A DNA stretch of 64,000 nt, from contig OZ244070.1 in NCBI GenBank assembly GCA_965215605.1, positions 1,792,001 to 1,856,000 on the forward strand, given 5' to 3'. This document shows, in pieces, positions 28,696 through 38,578 of the stretch. Within the stretch, counting starts at the first letter, position 1. Every line of letters starts with the position of its first letter. A program made the position numbers and the translations under genes. Below the pieces are notes generated by a model that saw only the letters and a list, made by a program, of their open reading frames with translations, was not told where the DNA came from and did no database searches. Source of the DNA: an uncultured Candidatus Binatia bacterium. GTDB taxonomy: Bacteria; Desulfobacterota; Binatia; UBA9968; JAJDTQ01.

Positions 28696-29598
28696 CTATT
28701 TCTTCCGGTCGTTCGTCGTTTCCAGGAACCACTCCGCCATTTCCTCGCGCTTGGGATACCATACGCCGTCGAAGGTTTTCACGTAGTCCACGAACTCGCG
28801 CAGGGCGCGGATGGCGTAGGCTTGGCCCATGACGTGGGGGTGCATGCCAACGTTCATGATGCGGCCGCTGGTGGCCCCTTCCAGGTAGAGCTGGTCGAAC
28901 TGCTCCCGGAACAGCTCCAGCGCTTGGGAGGTGGTGCGCCCGCCGCGGGAGAAGACGGCTAAGTCGTTGACGTCGTTGGAGTAGGGGATGCACACCAGCG
29001 GGCCGTGGCGGGTGTTCAGCAGATAGGGCTGGTCGTCGTTCAGGTAGTCCGCCTGGAACAGCAGGCCCAGCTCCTTCAGGATGTGGGGCGTCTCGTGGGT
29101 GCTCCGGAGCGAGGAAGACAGCCAGCCCCGGGCCGGCCGGCCCACCGCCTCGGCGTAGGCGTCCAGGGTGCGGCGGATGACCTCGCGCTCCTGGTCCGGC
29201 TGGTTCGCGTAGTAGGTGAGCACATCGTTCTGGGCGTAGTTGTGGGCCAGGATCTCCCAGCCGCGCTCGTTGGCGGCGTCGATGATGCGTCGTCGCTCGA
29301 TGCCGGTGAGGGCGTTCATGGTGCAGGTGGCCGGCACCCCGGCCTTGTCGAACACGTCGATGATGCGCCACACGCCCACCCGCTGGCCGTACTCCCGCCA
29401 GGTCCAGTTGGCGTAGTCGGGCACGTTGCCGGGCAGCGGGTGCGGGATGGTGGCCGGACCGCCGGGATAGAGCGGCTCGGCGCTGTCGCGGGTCATCTCC
29501 CAGTACTCGATGTTGATGGTGAATATCAGCGCCACCCGCGCGCCGTGGGGCCAGCGGAGCGGCGGGCGGTCGGGAAGGGCGACATAGTCGTAAAGCAT
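28696..29598 (-). CDS. Polysaccharide deacetylase/PuuE-like hydrolase
   Basis: LRWPHGARVAL, WREYGQRVGVWR, NDDQPY, IPYS, GMHPH. Confidence 0.88.
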   Translation of the reverse strand: MLYDYVALPDRPPLRWPHGARVALIFTINIEYWEMTRDSAEPLYPGGPATIPHPLPGNVPDYANWTWREYGQRVGVWRIIDVFDKAGVPATCTMNALTGIERRRIIDAANERGWEILAHNYAQNDVLTYYANQPDQEREVIRRTLDAYAEAVGRPARGWLSSSLRSTHETPHILKELGLLFQADYLNDDQPYLLNTRHGPLVCIPYSNDVNDLAVFSRGGRTTSQALELFREQFDQLYLEGATSGRIMNVGMHPHVMGQAYAIRALREFVDYVKTFDGVWYPKREEMAEWFLETTNDRKK

Positions 29599-29669
29599 GG
29601 GACAGGACACTAACACCCGTTGCCCCCGGCCGGCAACGCGGGCATAATGAATCGGGAGGTGTCGATCAC

Positions 29670-30194
29670 ATGAAGCATTTCAAATGGCGGGTGTTCGCGC
29701 TCGCGGTGGTCATGGTCCTTGCGCTTCTGTGGGCGTTCGGCAACGCGCCGGCGTCGCTCGTGGGCAAGCAGGCGCCGGAGTTCACCAGCGATACCTGGAT
29801 CAACTCGGAGCCCCTCAGGTTGAAGGATCTCAAGGGGAAGGTGGTCCTCATCGAGTTCTGGACCTACGGCTGATACAACTGTTTGAATACACTCCCATCG
29901 TTGGTGGGATGGCACGAAAAATACGGATCCGATGGGCTGGTGGTGGTGGGCATTCACTCGCCGGAGTTTTCCCACGAACACTCGCTGGACAACGTCAGGA
30001 ACGCCTGCAAGGAGCTGGGAATCAAGTTCCCGGTAGCGCAGGACAACGACTTCGCCACCTGGAAACGCTACGGCACGCGCTACTGGCCGACGCTGCATAT
30101 CATCGACAAGAAGGGCGTGATCCAGTACACGCGCTTTGGCGAGGGTGGCTACGACGAGATGGAGGGGATCATCCAGCGGCTGCTGAGGGAGTAG
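29670..30194 (+). CDS. Thioredoxin-like (TlpA/DipZ-type redoxin) probable selenoprotein with UxxC motif
   Basis: The two listed ORFs are in frame across TGA 29871-29873: [14 protein letters not shown]...GIHSPEF...YWPT; hairpin downstream. Confidence 0.82.
29893..29909 (+). promoter_or_regulatory. Putative bacterial SECIS apical stem-loop
   Basis: TCCCATC-GTT-GGTGGGA stem; loop begins with G, 26 nt after the TGA. Confidence 0.55.
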
Positions 30195-30225
30195 CCGCTC
30201 GCGGCGATGCCGCCGATGCGGGTCC

Positions 30226-30870
<645 letters not shown>

Positions 30871-31039
30871 CCGCGTCTCCTTTCGCAACGAACCGCGCGT
30901 GCAACGATACTCGCTCCCTTAACCATGCCACGTCCAGGGAGGGTTTCAAGTCGGGAGCCGTACTTGGGCGATCGTAAGCTGTGTACCAGACGCCAGTAAA
31001 CTTGCATTTAGTAGCACTATCTGCAATCATACTGTGCAC

Positions 31040-32173
31040 ATGGTACAGCGAAACCACTGGATCCAGGCTATTGAGGAGCTTTGGACAGCGAAGTCCGTGG
31101 TTTGGCTCGCCGGCGTCCGCAGGGCAGGCAAGACCTTCCTCTGTCAATCACTATCGGATGTCGAGTATGTCGATTGCGAGCTCCCGAGCACGCGCCGGGC
31201 GTTGGAGGATCCGGAGGGCTTTCTCGGCGACGTCGGGCCCCGCAGGGTGGTCCTTGACGAGATCCATCGTCTGTCCAATCCGTCGGAGTTACTAAAGATC
31301 GCCGCGGACTACCATCCGGAAACCAGGATCATCGCCACCGGTTCTTCATCGTTGGGAGCGTCCCGAAAATTCCGTGACACCCTGACCGACCGAAAGCGCG
31401 ACCTGTGGTTGACTCCCATGCTGATGCAGGACGAGCAGGAGTTCGGTGCCCGGGGACTCGACCACCGTTTCCGGTTCGGCGGTCTCCCGCCGTTCTACCT
31501 GGCCGAGGGGGTGCCGGAGGATGGTTTCCAGGATTGGATCGATTCCTACTGGGCCAAGGACGTCCAGGAACTGTTCCAGGTCGGACGCCGCTGGTCTTTC
31601 ATGCGGTTCGTCGAGCTGATGTTCGCTCAGAGCGGAGGAATGTTCGAAGCCACGCGGTTCGCGGCCGCCTGCGAGGTCAGCCGCACGACCATCGCCACCT
31701 ATCTCCAGATCCTGGAGGACACCCTCGTCATCCAGGTCATCCGACCCTACAGCACGCGGCGCGCCACCGAGATCGTCGCCGCGCCGAAGGTCTACGGCTT
31801 CGACACCGGGTTCGTCTGCCTGTTCAAAGGGTGGGAGGGGTTGCGCAACGAGGACCGCGGCGCCCTTTGGGAACACTACGTGCTGAACGAATACCTTGGC
31901 CGCCGGCAGAAAAGAGACCTGCACTACTGGCGCGACAAGCGCGGCCACGAGGTGGACTTCGTTACGGTTCGCCGCGGCAAGCCGGTCGCCGTCGAGTGCA
32001 AGTGGCGTGCCGAGGGTTTCGATCCGCGCAACCTTCACGCCTTCCGCAAGGCGTATCCCGCGGGCGAGAATTTCGTGGTCACGTCCGACACGGAGCGGTC
32101 CTACACACGGCGTGACGGCAACGCCCAGTACCGGTTCGTGGGGCTAGCCGACCTCATCGGGCGGCTTGCCTAG
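31040..32173 (+). CDS. AAA_14 ATPase with DUF4143 domain
   Basis: [35 protein letters not shown]. Confidence 0.88.
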   Translation: MVQRNHWIQAIEELWTAKSVVWLAGVRRAGKTFLCQSLSDVEYVDCELPSTRRALEDPEGFLGDVGPRRVVLDEIHRLSNPSELLKIAADYHPETRIIATGSSSLGASRKFRDTLTDRKRDLWLTPMLMQDEQEFGARGLDHRFRFGGLPPFYLAEGVPEDGFQDWIDSYWAKDVQELFQVGRRWSFMRFVELMFAQSGGMFEATRFAAACEVSRTTIATYLQILEDTLVIQVIRPYSTRRATEIVAAPKVYGFDTGFVCLFKGWEGLRNEDRGALWEHYVLNEYLGRRQKRDLHYWRDKRGHEVDFVTVRRGKPVAVECKWRAEGFDPRNLHAFRKAYPAGENFVVTSDTERSYTRRDGNAQYRFVGLADLIGRLA

Positions 32174-32175
32174 CC

Positions 32176-33066
32176 ATGGAAACGGGTATCGCCTACGCGC
32201 TGGCGGCCGCGCTGTTCTGGGGGACCTCTCCGGTGCTGGTGAAGCGCGGCCTCAGACGCTCCAACATCAGCGCGGCGGTGCTGCTGCAGTCGGTGGGCTC
32301 GGTGGTTGTCCTGGTGCTGATCCTCGCGCTCCCGTTCGGCGAGGTCGAGCTCGCCATGCCGTGGACCGCGGCCGGCGTGTTCGTGTCCGTGGGCTTGGTG
32401 GGAAGCTTCCTGGGCCGCACCTTCGCGCTCAAGGGTATCGACGAGGTGGGAGCTTCCAAGGCCCAGTCCATCGTCAACTCCGCGCCCCTGCTCACCGCGG
32501 TCTACGCCATCGTCCTCCTGGGCGAGACCGCCACCCCGCTGATTCTCATCGGCGTGGTGCTTATCGTCAGCGGCCTCCTGGTCATCACCGGCGGAAGCCC
32601 CGACGACGAAGACCGGCGGCCCTTTCGGTTGAAGGCGTTCCTCAACCCCCTGCTGGCCATCGTGTTCTTCGGTTTCGGCCCGATCCTCAAGAAGGTCGCG
32701 ATCCTGGCGGGCGGGACGCCCATCCCCGGGTCGCTGATCACCCACGTCACCGGCCTGGCGCTCGTCATGTCCTTCGGCCGGTTGCTGCGTATCGACTGGC
32801 GGGAAGGCATCTGGCTCACCGGGGACAGCTACTTCTTCCTGCTCCTGTCCGGGTTCTTCCAGGGGGTGGGATCGGTGTTCACCTATCTCGCGGTGGCTAA
32901 TGCCCCGGCCATCATCGTCGCCCCCATCTGGAACGTGCAGCCGCTGGTCACGTCCTCCTTGGCGCGGCTGCTCCTGCAGGGGGACGAGGCGGTCACGTTG
33001 AAGGACGGTCTGGCCGCGGTGCTGGTGGTGGCCGGCGTCTTCTTTCTCTTTCAGTCACGGGGGTAG
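32176..33066 (+). CDS. EamA/DMT family transporter
   Basis: About 10 TM helices, LLGE motif, duplicated halves. Confidence 0.85.
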   Translation: METGIAYALAAALFWGTSPVLVKRGLRRSNISAAVLLQSVGSVVVLVLILALPFGEVELAMPWTAAGVFVSVGLVGSFLGRTFALKGIDEVGASKAQSIVNSAPLLTAVYAIVLLGETATPLILIGVVLIVSGLLVITGGSPDDEDRRPFRLKAFLNPLLAIVFFGFGPILKKVAILAGGTPIPGSLITHVTGLALVMSFGRLLRIDWREGIWLTGDSYFFLLLSGFFQGVGSVFTYLAVANAPAIIVAPIWNVQPLVTSSLARLLLQGDEAVTLKDGLAAVLVVAGVFFLFQSRG

Positions 33067-33103
33067 CGGAATGCGTCATTGCCGCAAAACAGCCCTCTCA
33101 CCC

Positions 33104-33146
33104 TTGATATTCTCCAAAATTGGACTATATTAAGTCCTGATATGGA
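33104..33146 (+). promoter_or_regulatory. Promoter with repeated TCC-N6-GGA operator-like palindromes
   Basis: TTGATA-N16-TATATT; TCCAAAATTGGA and TCCTGATATGGA upstream of the Xre antitoxin. Confidence 0.55.
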
Positions 33147-33154
33147 TTGATGAA

Positions 33155-33592
33155 ATGTCGCGCACACCCGCATATCCCGAGACCCGTCATGACCCCCCCG
33201 AGGTCGCGGACCTGTCTAGTCGCGCAGAGCGTTTGCGGCTCACTCCGGACGCCGTGCGCGCCTTCTTCAATATCATGGACTGCTGGAAGATCCGGGACGA
33301 AGATGCCCGCCGTCTGCTCGGCGGCATCTCGAACGGCGCCTACTACGCGTTGAAGAAGGCACCTCGCCGCCCGCTCGACGAGGACAGGCTGCGCCGGATT
33401 TCGTACTTGGTGGGGATCTTCAAGGCCCTGAATGTTCTCTACAGCGACGAATTGGCCGATCTGTGGATGCAACGTCCGAACCGGAACAGGATCTTCGGCG
33501 GGCTGACTCCGTACCAGTACCTCGCCCGAGGCGGCTTGCCGGCGTTCGCGACCGTGCGGAAGCTGCTGGATGCGCGGCGGAGCGGCCATTGA
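33155..33592 (+). CDS. Xre/MbcA/ParS antitoxin
   Basis: RAFFNIMDCW, RISYLVGIFKALNVL, WMQRPN...FGGLTP, VRKLLDARR. Confidence 0.88.
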   Translation: MSRTPAYPETRHDPPEVADLSSRAERLRLTPDAVRAFFNIMDCWKIRDEDARRLLGGISNGAYYALKKAPRRPLDEDRLRRISYLVGIFKALNVLYSDELADLWMQRPNRNRIFGGLTPYQYLARGGLPAFATVRKLLDARRSGH

Positions 33593-34281
33593 GGATTCCC
33601 GCTCATTCACGGATTCGACAAGCACACACGCACCGGCTGATTCCCTCGAAGTACAGCGAGAGCGGAGACAGCGTCCTCGCCCGGATCGCGGACAACGACG
33701 ACCACCTTCGTGGGATACTGGAACTCGACCTCGCCACCGACGAACGCCTCGTGGCCGAAGCGGATCGGGCATCGGGCATCGGCATCGACGAGCTCGTTTC
33801 CAGCATTCCCCATGCCGGCATCATCAATGCCGCCTTCGCCCACGCCCACCCCTTGGGCAGCCGTTTCAGCGGCCCGGACCGCGGCGCCTGGTACGCGGGC
33901 GCCGAACTGGCCACGTCACAGGCCGAAGTGGCGTGGCACAAATGGATCGAGCTTGTAGAGGTCGACTGGCTGGAGGAGAGCGTCACCTACGACGACTATC
34001 TCGCGGACTTCGCTGGCGAGTTCCACGACATCCGGGAAGACTCTGCCTTCGAAGGTTGCCTCGATCCGGCCAGCTACATCGAGTCCCAGGCGCTCGGAGA
34101 GACCCTTCTCCACCAGGGATCGCCCGGCATCGTCTATCCCAGCGTGCGCCGCAAGGGCGGCACCTGCCTCGCCTGCTTCCGTCCCGCCTTGGTGGACAAC
34201 GTCCGCAAGGGTGCGCGTTACCGCTTTACTTGGCGCGGATCGCCGACACCGGTCGTTCGCCTTGAGCAACGTTATCCGTGA
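33589..34281 (+). CDS. RES domain toxin (NAD+ phosphorylase family)
   Basis: SRFS..RGAWYA, AEVAWH, SYIESQ, GIVYPSVR; TTGA overlap with the antitoxin. Confidence 0.88.
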   Translation: MRIPAHSRIRQAHTHRLIPSKYSESGDSVLARIADNDDHLRGILELDLATDERLVAEADRASGIGIDELVSSIPHAGIINAAFAHAHPLGSRFSGPDRGAWYAGAELATSQAEVAWHKWIELVEVDWLEESVTYDDYLADFAGEFHDIREDSAFEGCLDPASYIESQALGETLLHQGSPGIVYPSVRRKGGTCLACFRPALVDNVRKGARYRFTWRGSPTPVVRLEQRYP

Positions 34282-34302
34282 CGCCGGCCGCAAGGCTTCG
34301 CG

Positions 34303-34626
34303 CTACGTCAGCTCCCCGAACACGGCGATCCAAATGCACGGAGGCGTCCGGCTGGTGTAGTTGACCCGGTGGCGGCGGTGGGCGGGTATCAGCACGTGGT
34401 CGCCGGCGCCGAGTTGCAGTGTCTCTCCGTCGTCGTACTCCAGCACGGCCTCGCCCTGGATCAGCATGACCCATTCGTCGCGGTCCTGGTCGTACCACTG
34501 ACCGGCGGGCGCCACCCGGCCGCGGGAGACGATGCGTTCGATCTTCACGCCCCGGTCGGGAATGAGGTCGGTGAACTCCTCGTCGTCCGGGAGCGGATCG
34601 GGCAGGTTGTAGAGGTTAACCTTCAT
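34303..34626 (-). CDS. Cupin domain protein
   Basis: IERIVSRG, WYDQDRDEWV, IPAHRRHRV. Confidence 0.85.
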   Translation of the reverse strand: MKVNLYNLPDPLPDDEEFTDLIPDRGVKIERIVSRGRVAPAGQWYDQDRDEWVMLIQGEAVLEYDDGETLQLGAGDHVLIPAHRRHRVNYTSRTPPCIWIAVFGELT

Positions 34627-34695
34627 GAAGTCCCTTGTAACGAGAAGCAACGATTCACTGGGCCGACACTCTGTCTGCCTCATTGGACAAAGGGG

Positions 34696-35289
34696 TTACC
34701 TTGGTGACCCCGCGTGCATTGCAGTGATGTCCAGCCATGGCGGAGGGTTGTCTGCTACCCACCTTGACTCAGGCGTCAGAATCGCGACCTCGCGATATGG
34801 ATTCTCAGGGCTGGCATTGTCGTAGATCCGGGTTTCCTCGGATAGTTCGACGGCCGCCGGAAGGTTCGCTAGCGAGCGAGCAAACCTCCGTCGCACATCC
34901 TCTTCCGGCACGTCGTGACAAGCTATCCGGTTGGCGATCCGGTCCAGCGCCTGGGCGACGGAGTTCACCGAGACGTAATGCAACGCGATCCTATATCCTG
35001 CGGAACGGGCTTGATCCATGACGAGAAGCATGGTCTTGCCAGCCAGCGTGGTTTCCACGACGACTGTTCTGCAATTGACAAGAGCGGCGCGACGTCTCCG
35101 CACAGCCTCGCGACGGGCTGTGCGGCGGCGCACGGCACTTTCGAGATCACCGAGACTAGTGCGGCGGCGGGCTATGGCGTCAGGGTCGATCAACTCCACC
35201 CCACCGAATCGCCTGGAACGTGTCAGCGTGGATTTCCCGGATCCGTTCGGCCCGGCCACGATATAGAGGATCGGCGTGGCCGAAGGCAT
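34696..35289 (-). CDS. Zeta-toxin-like P-loop kinase (COG4185)
   Basis: AGPNGSGKST, DPDAIA, ETTLAG, HDVPEEDVRRR, YDNA. Confidence 0.82.
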   Translation of the reverse strand: MPSATPILYIVAGPNGSGKSTLTRSRRFGGVELIDPDAIARRRTSLGDLESAVRRRTARREAVRRRRAALVNCRTVVVETTLAGKTMLLVMDQARSAGYRIALHYVSVNSVAQALDRIANRIACHDVPEEDVRRRFARSLANLPAAVELSEETRIYDNASPENPYREVAILTPESRWVADNPPPWLDITAMHAGSPR

Positions 35290-35301
35290 GGGCGGGCGGA
35301 A

Positions 35302-35499
35302 TCAGGCGTTCTTGCCTGCGCCCGGCGTGACGATTTCGTCACCACTCTTGGTCCGGGCGACATAGGCGCCATCCTGGCGATACCCGTAGAGTGTGCCACC
35401 AGCCTCGACTTGAGCAGCGAGATCGGCCCTGATCCGATCTCGCCATGCAGCCTGTTGAAAAGGCTTCCCTGAGGCCTCGGTGTCTTCGCCCTTCACCAT
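35302..35499 (-). CDS. Small hypothetical protein, probable partner of the zeta-like ATPase
   Basis: 65 aa, directly upstream and co-oriented. Confidence 0.55.
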   Translation of the reverse strand: MVKGEDTEASGKPFQQAAWRDRIRADLAAQVEAGGTLYGYRQDGAYVARTKSGDEIVTPGAGKNA

Positions 35500-35605
35500 G
35501 GCTGGACTTTAGGTAGAGGATGCCCGAATTGCAAGGTCTGAAAACCAAAAGCCACACAGGACTTGTCTGGACTGGGGATTGAATTGGCCCGGAGCATGGC
35601 GCTGG

Positions 35606-36673
35606 TTAACCGGCATGCTCCGGCGGACGGAACACGGCGAACACCTTGTCGGAGTTGGAGATCCAGGACTCCAGGAAGACGATGTCGTCGGGCTTGCGGC
35701 CAAGCTCGGACATGGCGCCGGCGAGGGCGAACCAGTTGAGCAACTCGTGGTGGCCGCGGTCCTCGGCTTCCGGGAGGTTGGTCTGGCGCCAGGTGTTCCA
35801 GTCGCCGTCCCGGAGCGCCTGGAAGTAGCGCTTGTCGGATTCCACGTCCGGGTACATGAAGGCGTGCTTGGCGGTGAGGAACGAGTGGGACCAGCTCGAC
35901 GAGGCGATGAGCGCCACCTTCCACGGACTGTCCAGAAACGCCCGGGCGGTGGCGGCGCCGATGTCGAAGCAGCGCCAGGGCTGGGGGCCCGGCGGGTCGA
36001 ACTGGTCTTCGATCTCCCGGGCGGCCGAAGGCGTCAGCGGGACACCGCGGCTGCCCACGAGCTTGCGCCCGTAGCTGTTCACCGTGAAGGGCAGCACCGG
36101 GTAGGGAAACCCCCGCCGGTCCCAGTCGAGGTAGAGGATGGAGTTGACGAAGGCGTGGCCCAGGCCGCGGTGGAGCGGCTTGTAGGAGTAGGCCACGTCG
36201 AAACCGTTGTCCAGCAGGCTCGATGCCAGGTACTTCCCTGCCTCCTGGTGCCCCTGGATGGTGAAGATCTTGTCGTCGGGCTCGTCCCAGACGTTGGCGC
36301 CCCGGCGGCTGTGGGTCCACGGCTGCGCGTCCACCGAGTCGTAGGCGAGAATGGAGAAGGCCGGGACGCAGTCTTCCTTGTAGTTCTCGTACTGATCGTC
36401 GCCCCACAGCAGGCAGAAGTCGGGCTGGAACTCGTCCAGGGCCCGGCGGGCGATGCGGAAGCGGTCGATCAGGTCATGGCGGTGGGCGTCGGAGTGGCTC
36501 TGGCCGTCGTCCGTGCTCCACTGCGCGCGCATGGGCGCCGGCCAGTTGTCCATGTCGCGCAGGCGTTCCGGCAGCGCGGGATCCTCCAGACACATCTTGA
36601 TGCGCCGGGTCATGTTCCCCTGGAAACCGAGTCCGGGGTAGTGCGTGATGCCCAGGCCGAGTATCTCTCCCAT
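35606..36673 (-). CDS. Extradiol ring-cleavage dioxygenase, LigB/class III-like
   Basis: LGLGITHYP, WGDDQYEN, LGHAF, ASSSWSH, HHELLNW. Confidence 0.82.
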   Translation of the reverse strand: MGEILGLGITHYPGLGFQGNMTRRIKMCLEDPALPERLRDMDNWPAPMRAQWSTDDGQSHSDAHRHDLIDRFRIARRALDEFQPDFCLLWGDDQYENYKEDCVPAFSILAYDSVDAQPWTHSRRGANVWDEPDDKIFTIQGHQEAGKYLASSLLDNGFDVAYSYKPLHRGLGHAFVNSILYLDWDRRGFPYPVLPFTVNSYGRKLVGSRGVPLTPSAAREIEDQFDPPGPQPWRCFDIGAATARAFLDSPWKVALIASSSWSHSFLTAKHAFMYPDVESDKRYFQALRDGDWNTWRQTNLPEAEDRGHHELLNWFALAGAMSELGRKPDDIVFLESWISNSDKVFAVFRPPEHAG

Positions 36674-36717
36674 GTCCTTTCCCCTTCTTCCGTTCCGGGA
36701 CTCTCAAGGGCCGTCGG

Positions 36718-37437
36718 TTACGGCAGCGTCTGCAGCAGGCGCCCAAAGCCCTCGACGGGCTCGCGGATATGGAGGCGCTTCTGGGTCGCCCACAACTCCG
36801 CGTTGAGATTCGTAACCACCGGCACCCCGAGGTCCTCCTCCAGGTACTCGATGGCGGGCAGGCAATCCCAGCCCGCGCCCAGGAGGTAGACGCACTCCCC
36901 GCCGTGCTCGAGGAAGGCCTGCTTGGCCTCGCGGTAGATCACCTCGGCGGGAATGTTGCCGACATCGGAGAAGGGCACACCCTGGATCTCCCTTACGCCC
37001 GTCACCGTGAAGCCGGCCTGCTCGATGAAAGCGGCGAACCTGGCGTTCATGGGGCCCTGGATGTACGAGAGCGCCGCCATGGTGCGCACCTCCAGCACGC
37101 GAAAGGCCTCCACCTGCGCGGTGGTGGCGGTGAGCACCGGCACGCCGTACTCCCGGGTGAGCCTCTCCGTCAGCTCGCCGTCGAAGCGGTAGCCCCGGAG
37201 CATGATGGGCGGCACCCCCTGGATCACCACCAGGTCCACCCCGAACTCGGCCAACTCGGCCACCCTGGATTCGGCCACGGCGATGGCTTCGTCGAACTCG
37301 GCCTCGGTGCCGGCGCGGACGCCGACGTAGCGCGGTACCACGCACACCCCTTCCGGCAGGAGCCGCGTGAAGGTCTCCAGCGACCCGGGCCGGAACGTCG
37401 GTTTCACCACCCCTACCTTGCCGCGCCAGCAGTACAA
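36718..37437 (-). CDS. Maleate isomerase/arylmalonate decarboxylase family (Asp/Glu racemase fold)
   Basis: WRGKVGVVKP, LEEDLGVPVV, GFGRLL; AGGAGG RBS before TTG. Confidence 0.78.
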   Translation of the reverse strand: MYCWRGKVGVVKPTFRPGSLETFTRLLPEGVCVVPRYVGVRAGTEAEFDEAIAVAESRVAELAEFGVDLVVIQGVPPIMLRGYRFDGELTERLTREYGVPVLTATTAQVEAFRVLEVRTMAALSYIQGPMNARFAAFIEQAGFTVTGVREIQGVPFSDVGNIPAEVIYREAKQAFLEHGGECVYLLGAGWDCLPAIEYLEEDLGVPVVTNLNAELWATQKRLHIREPVEGFGRLLQTLP

Positions 37438-37496
37438 TGCCTGTCCTCCTGGTTCCCGAGGGTCAACGTCTCACAAATAAACGCCGGCAACCGGCA

Positions 37497-38321
37497 TTAC
37501 ACGGCGATGGTCTGGCCGCCGTCCACCACCAGGGCGTGGCCGGTGACGAAGGAGGCCTCGTCGGACACCAGGAACAGGACGCCGTAGGCCATCTCCTCGG
37601 GCCGCGCCATGCGCAGCAGGGCCTTGTTGCTGTCGGCCATGCGCTTGCGCTGCTCGGGGGTGGCGGCCTGCAGCGACGGTACCGGCGGGTGCCCGCGGAA
37701 GCGCGGCGTCTCGGTGGCGCCGGGGCAGATGCAGTTCACGCGGACGCCCTTGGGGCCGTAGTCCAGCGCCATCTGCCGGGTCAGGCTGATGACCGCCGCC
37801 TTGGTGGCGCAGTAGGCTGGGTAGTTGGCCGAGGCCAGCAACCCGAAGGTGGACGCGGTGCTGACGATGTTGCCGCTGCCCTTCTCGATCATGTGGGGGA
37901 CCACCGCCCGGACGCTCCTCTGGATGGCGTTCAGGTTGAGGTCCATGATGAAGTTCCACTCCTGGTCCGTGTGTTCATGAACCTGCTTGCGTATGCCGCC
38001 GCCGGCGTTGTTGTAGAGGATGTCCGCGCCGCCGTACCGGTCCATGGCCGTCTTCATCATCTCCTCGGGACCGCCGTCCGCGGTCACGTTCACGTTCAGA
38101 AAAGTGGCCTCGCCGCCTTCGTTGATGATGAGCTCGTCCACCCGCGGGGTCAGGGTCTCCTGGATGTCGCAGCACACGACGCTGGCCCCCTCGCGCGCGA
38201 ACAGCCGCGCGGTGGCCCGACCGATGCCGCTGTTGGCGCCGGTGATGATGGCCACCTTGCCCCGCAGCCGCCCCAGCCCCTCTCTCAACATGGGATGCTC
38301 GTCGTTGTTGGCGTTCGCCAT
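37497..38321 (-). CDS. SDR oxidoreductase
   Basis: TGANSGIG, NNAG, YCATK, ICPG. Confidence 0.93.
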   Translation of the reverse strand: MANANNDEHPMLREGLGRLRGKVAIITGANSGIGRATARLFAREGASVVCCDIQETLTPRVDELIINEGGEATFLNVNVTADGGPEEMMKTAMDRYGGADILYNNAGGGIRKQVHEHTDQEWNFIMDLNLNAIQRSVRAVVPHMIEKGSGNIVSTASTFGLLASANYPAYCATKAAVISLTRQMALDYGPKGVRVNCICPGATETPRFRGHPPVPSLQAATPEQRKRMADSNKALLRMARPEEMAYGVLFLVSDEASFVTGHALVVDGGQTIAV

Positions 38322-38578
38322 GGCTTAAGCCTCCTTGGATTGTGTGCCTTGTGGCTCATTCTCCCTTATCCGATTGCCGTATGATTGCCAAGCGAGCCTG
38401 GGACGTTTACCCCTCCGATTGGCCCTATCGCCGTTGCCTTGGAGGTGTCGACGTCCCGCGTCCGTCATTCCCGTGCAAGCATGCCTCTAGACAACATCAA
38501 GGACCATGTGTCCGGGCCGGGCTCGGGTTAACCTCGCCCGGACAATCCGCTACAGTGTGATCATCAAGGAGGACGGAC

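Noticed and set aside
35555-35562. CACAGGAC partial MITE-end motif at the TA islet boundary
   Set aside because: Match too short to distinguish from chance.
37468-37480. GTCTCACAAAT matching the inner part of the MITE TIR
   Set aside because: Only ~11 bp, without the terminal motif; could be a remnant but is unsupported.
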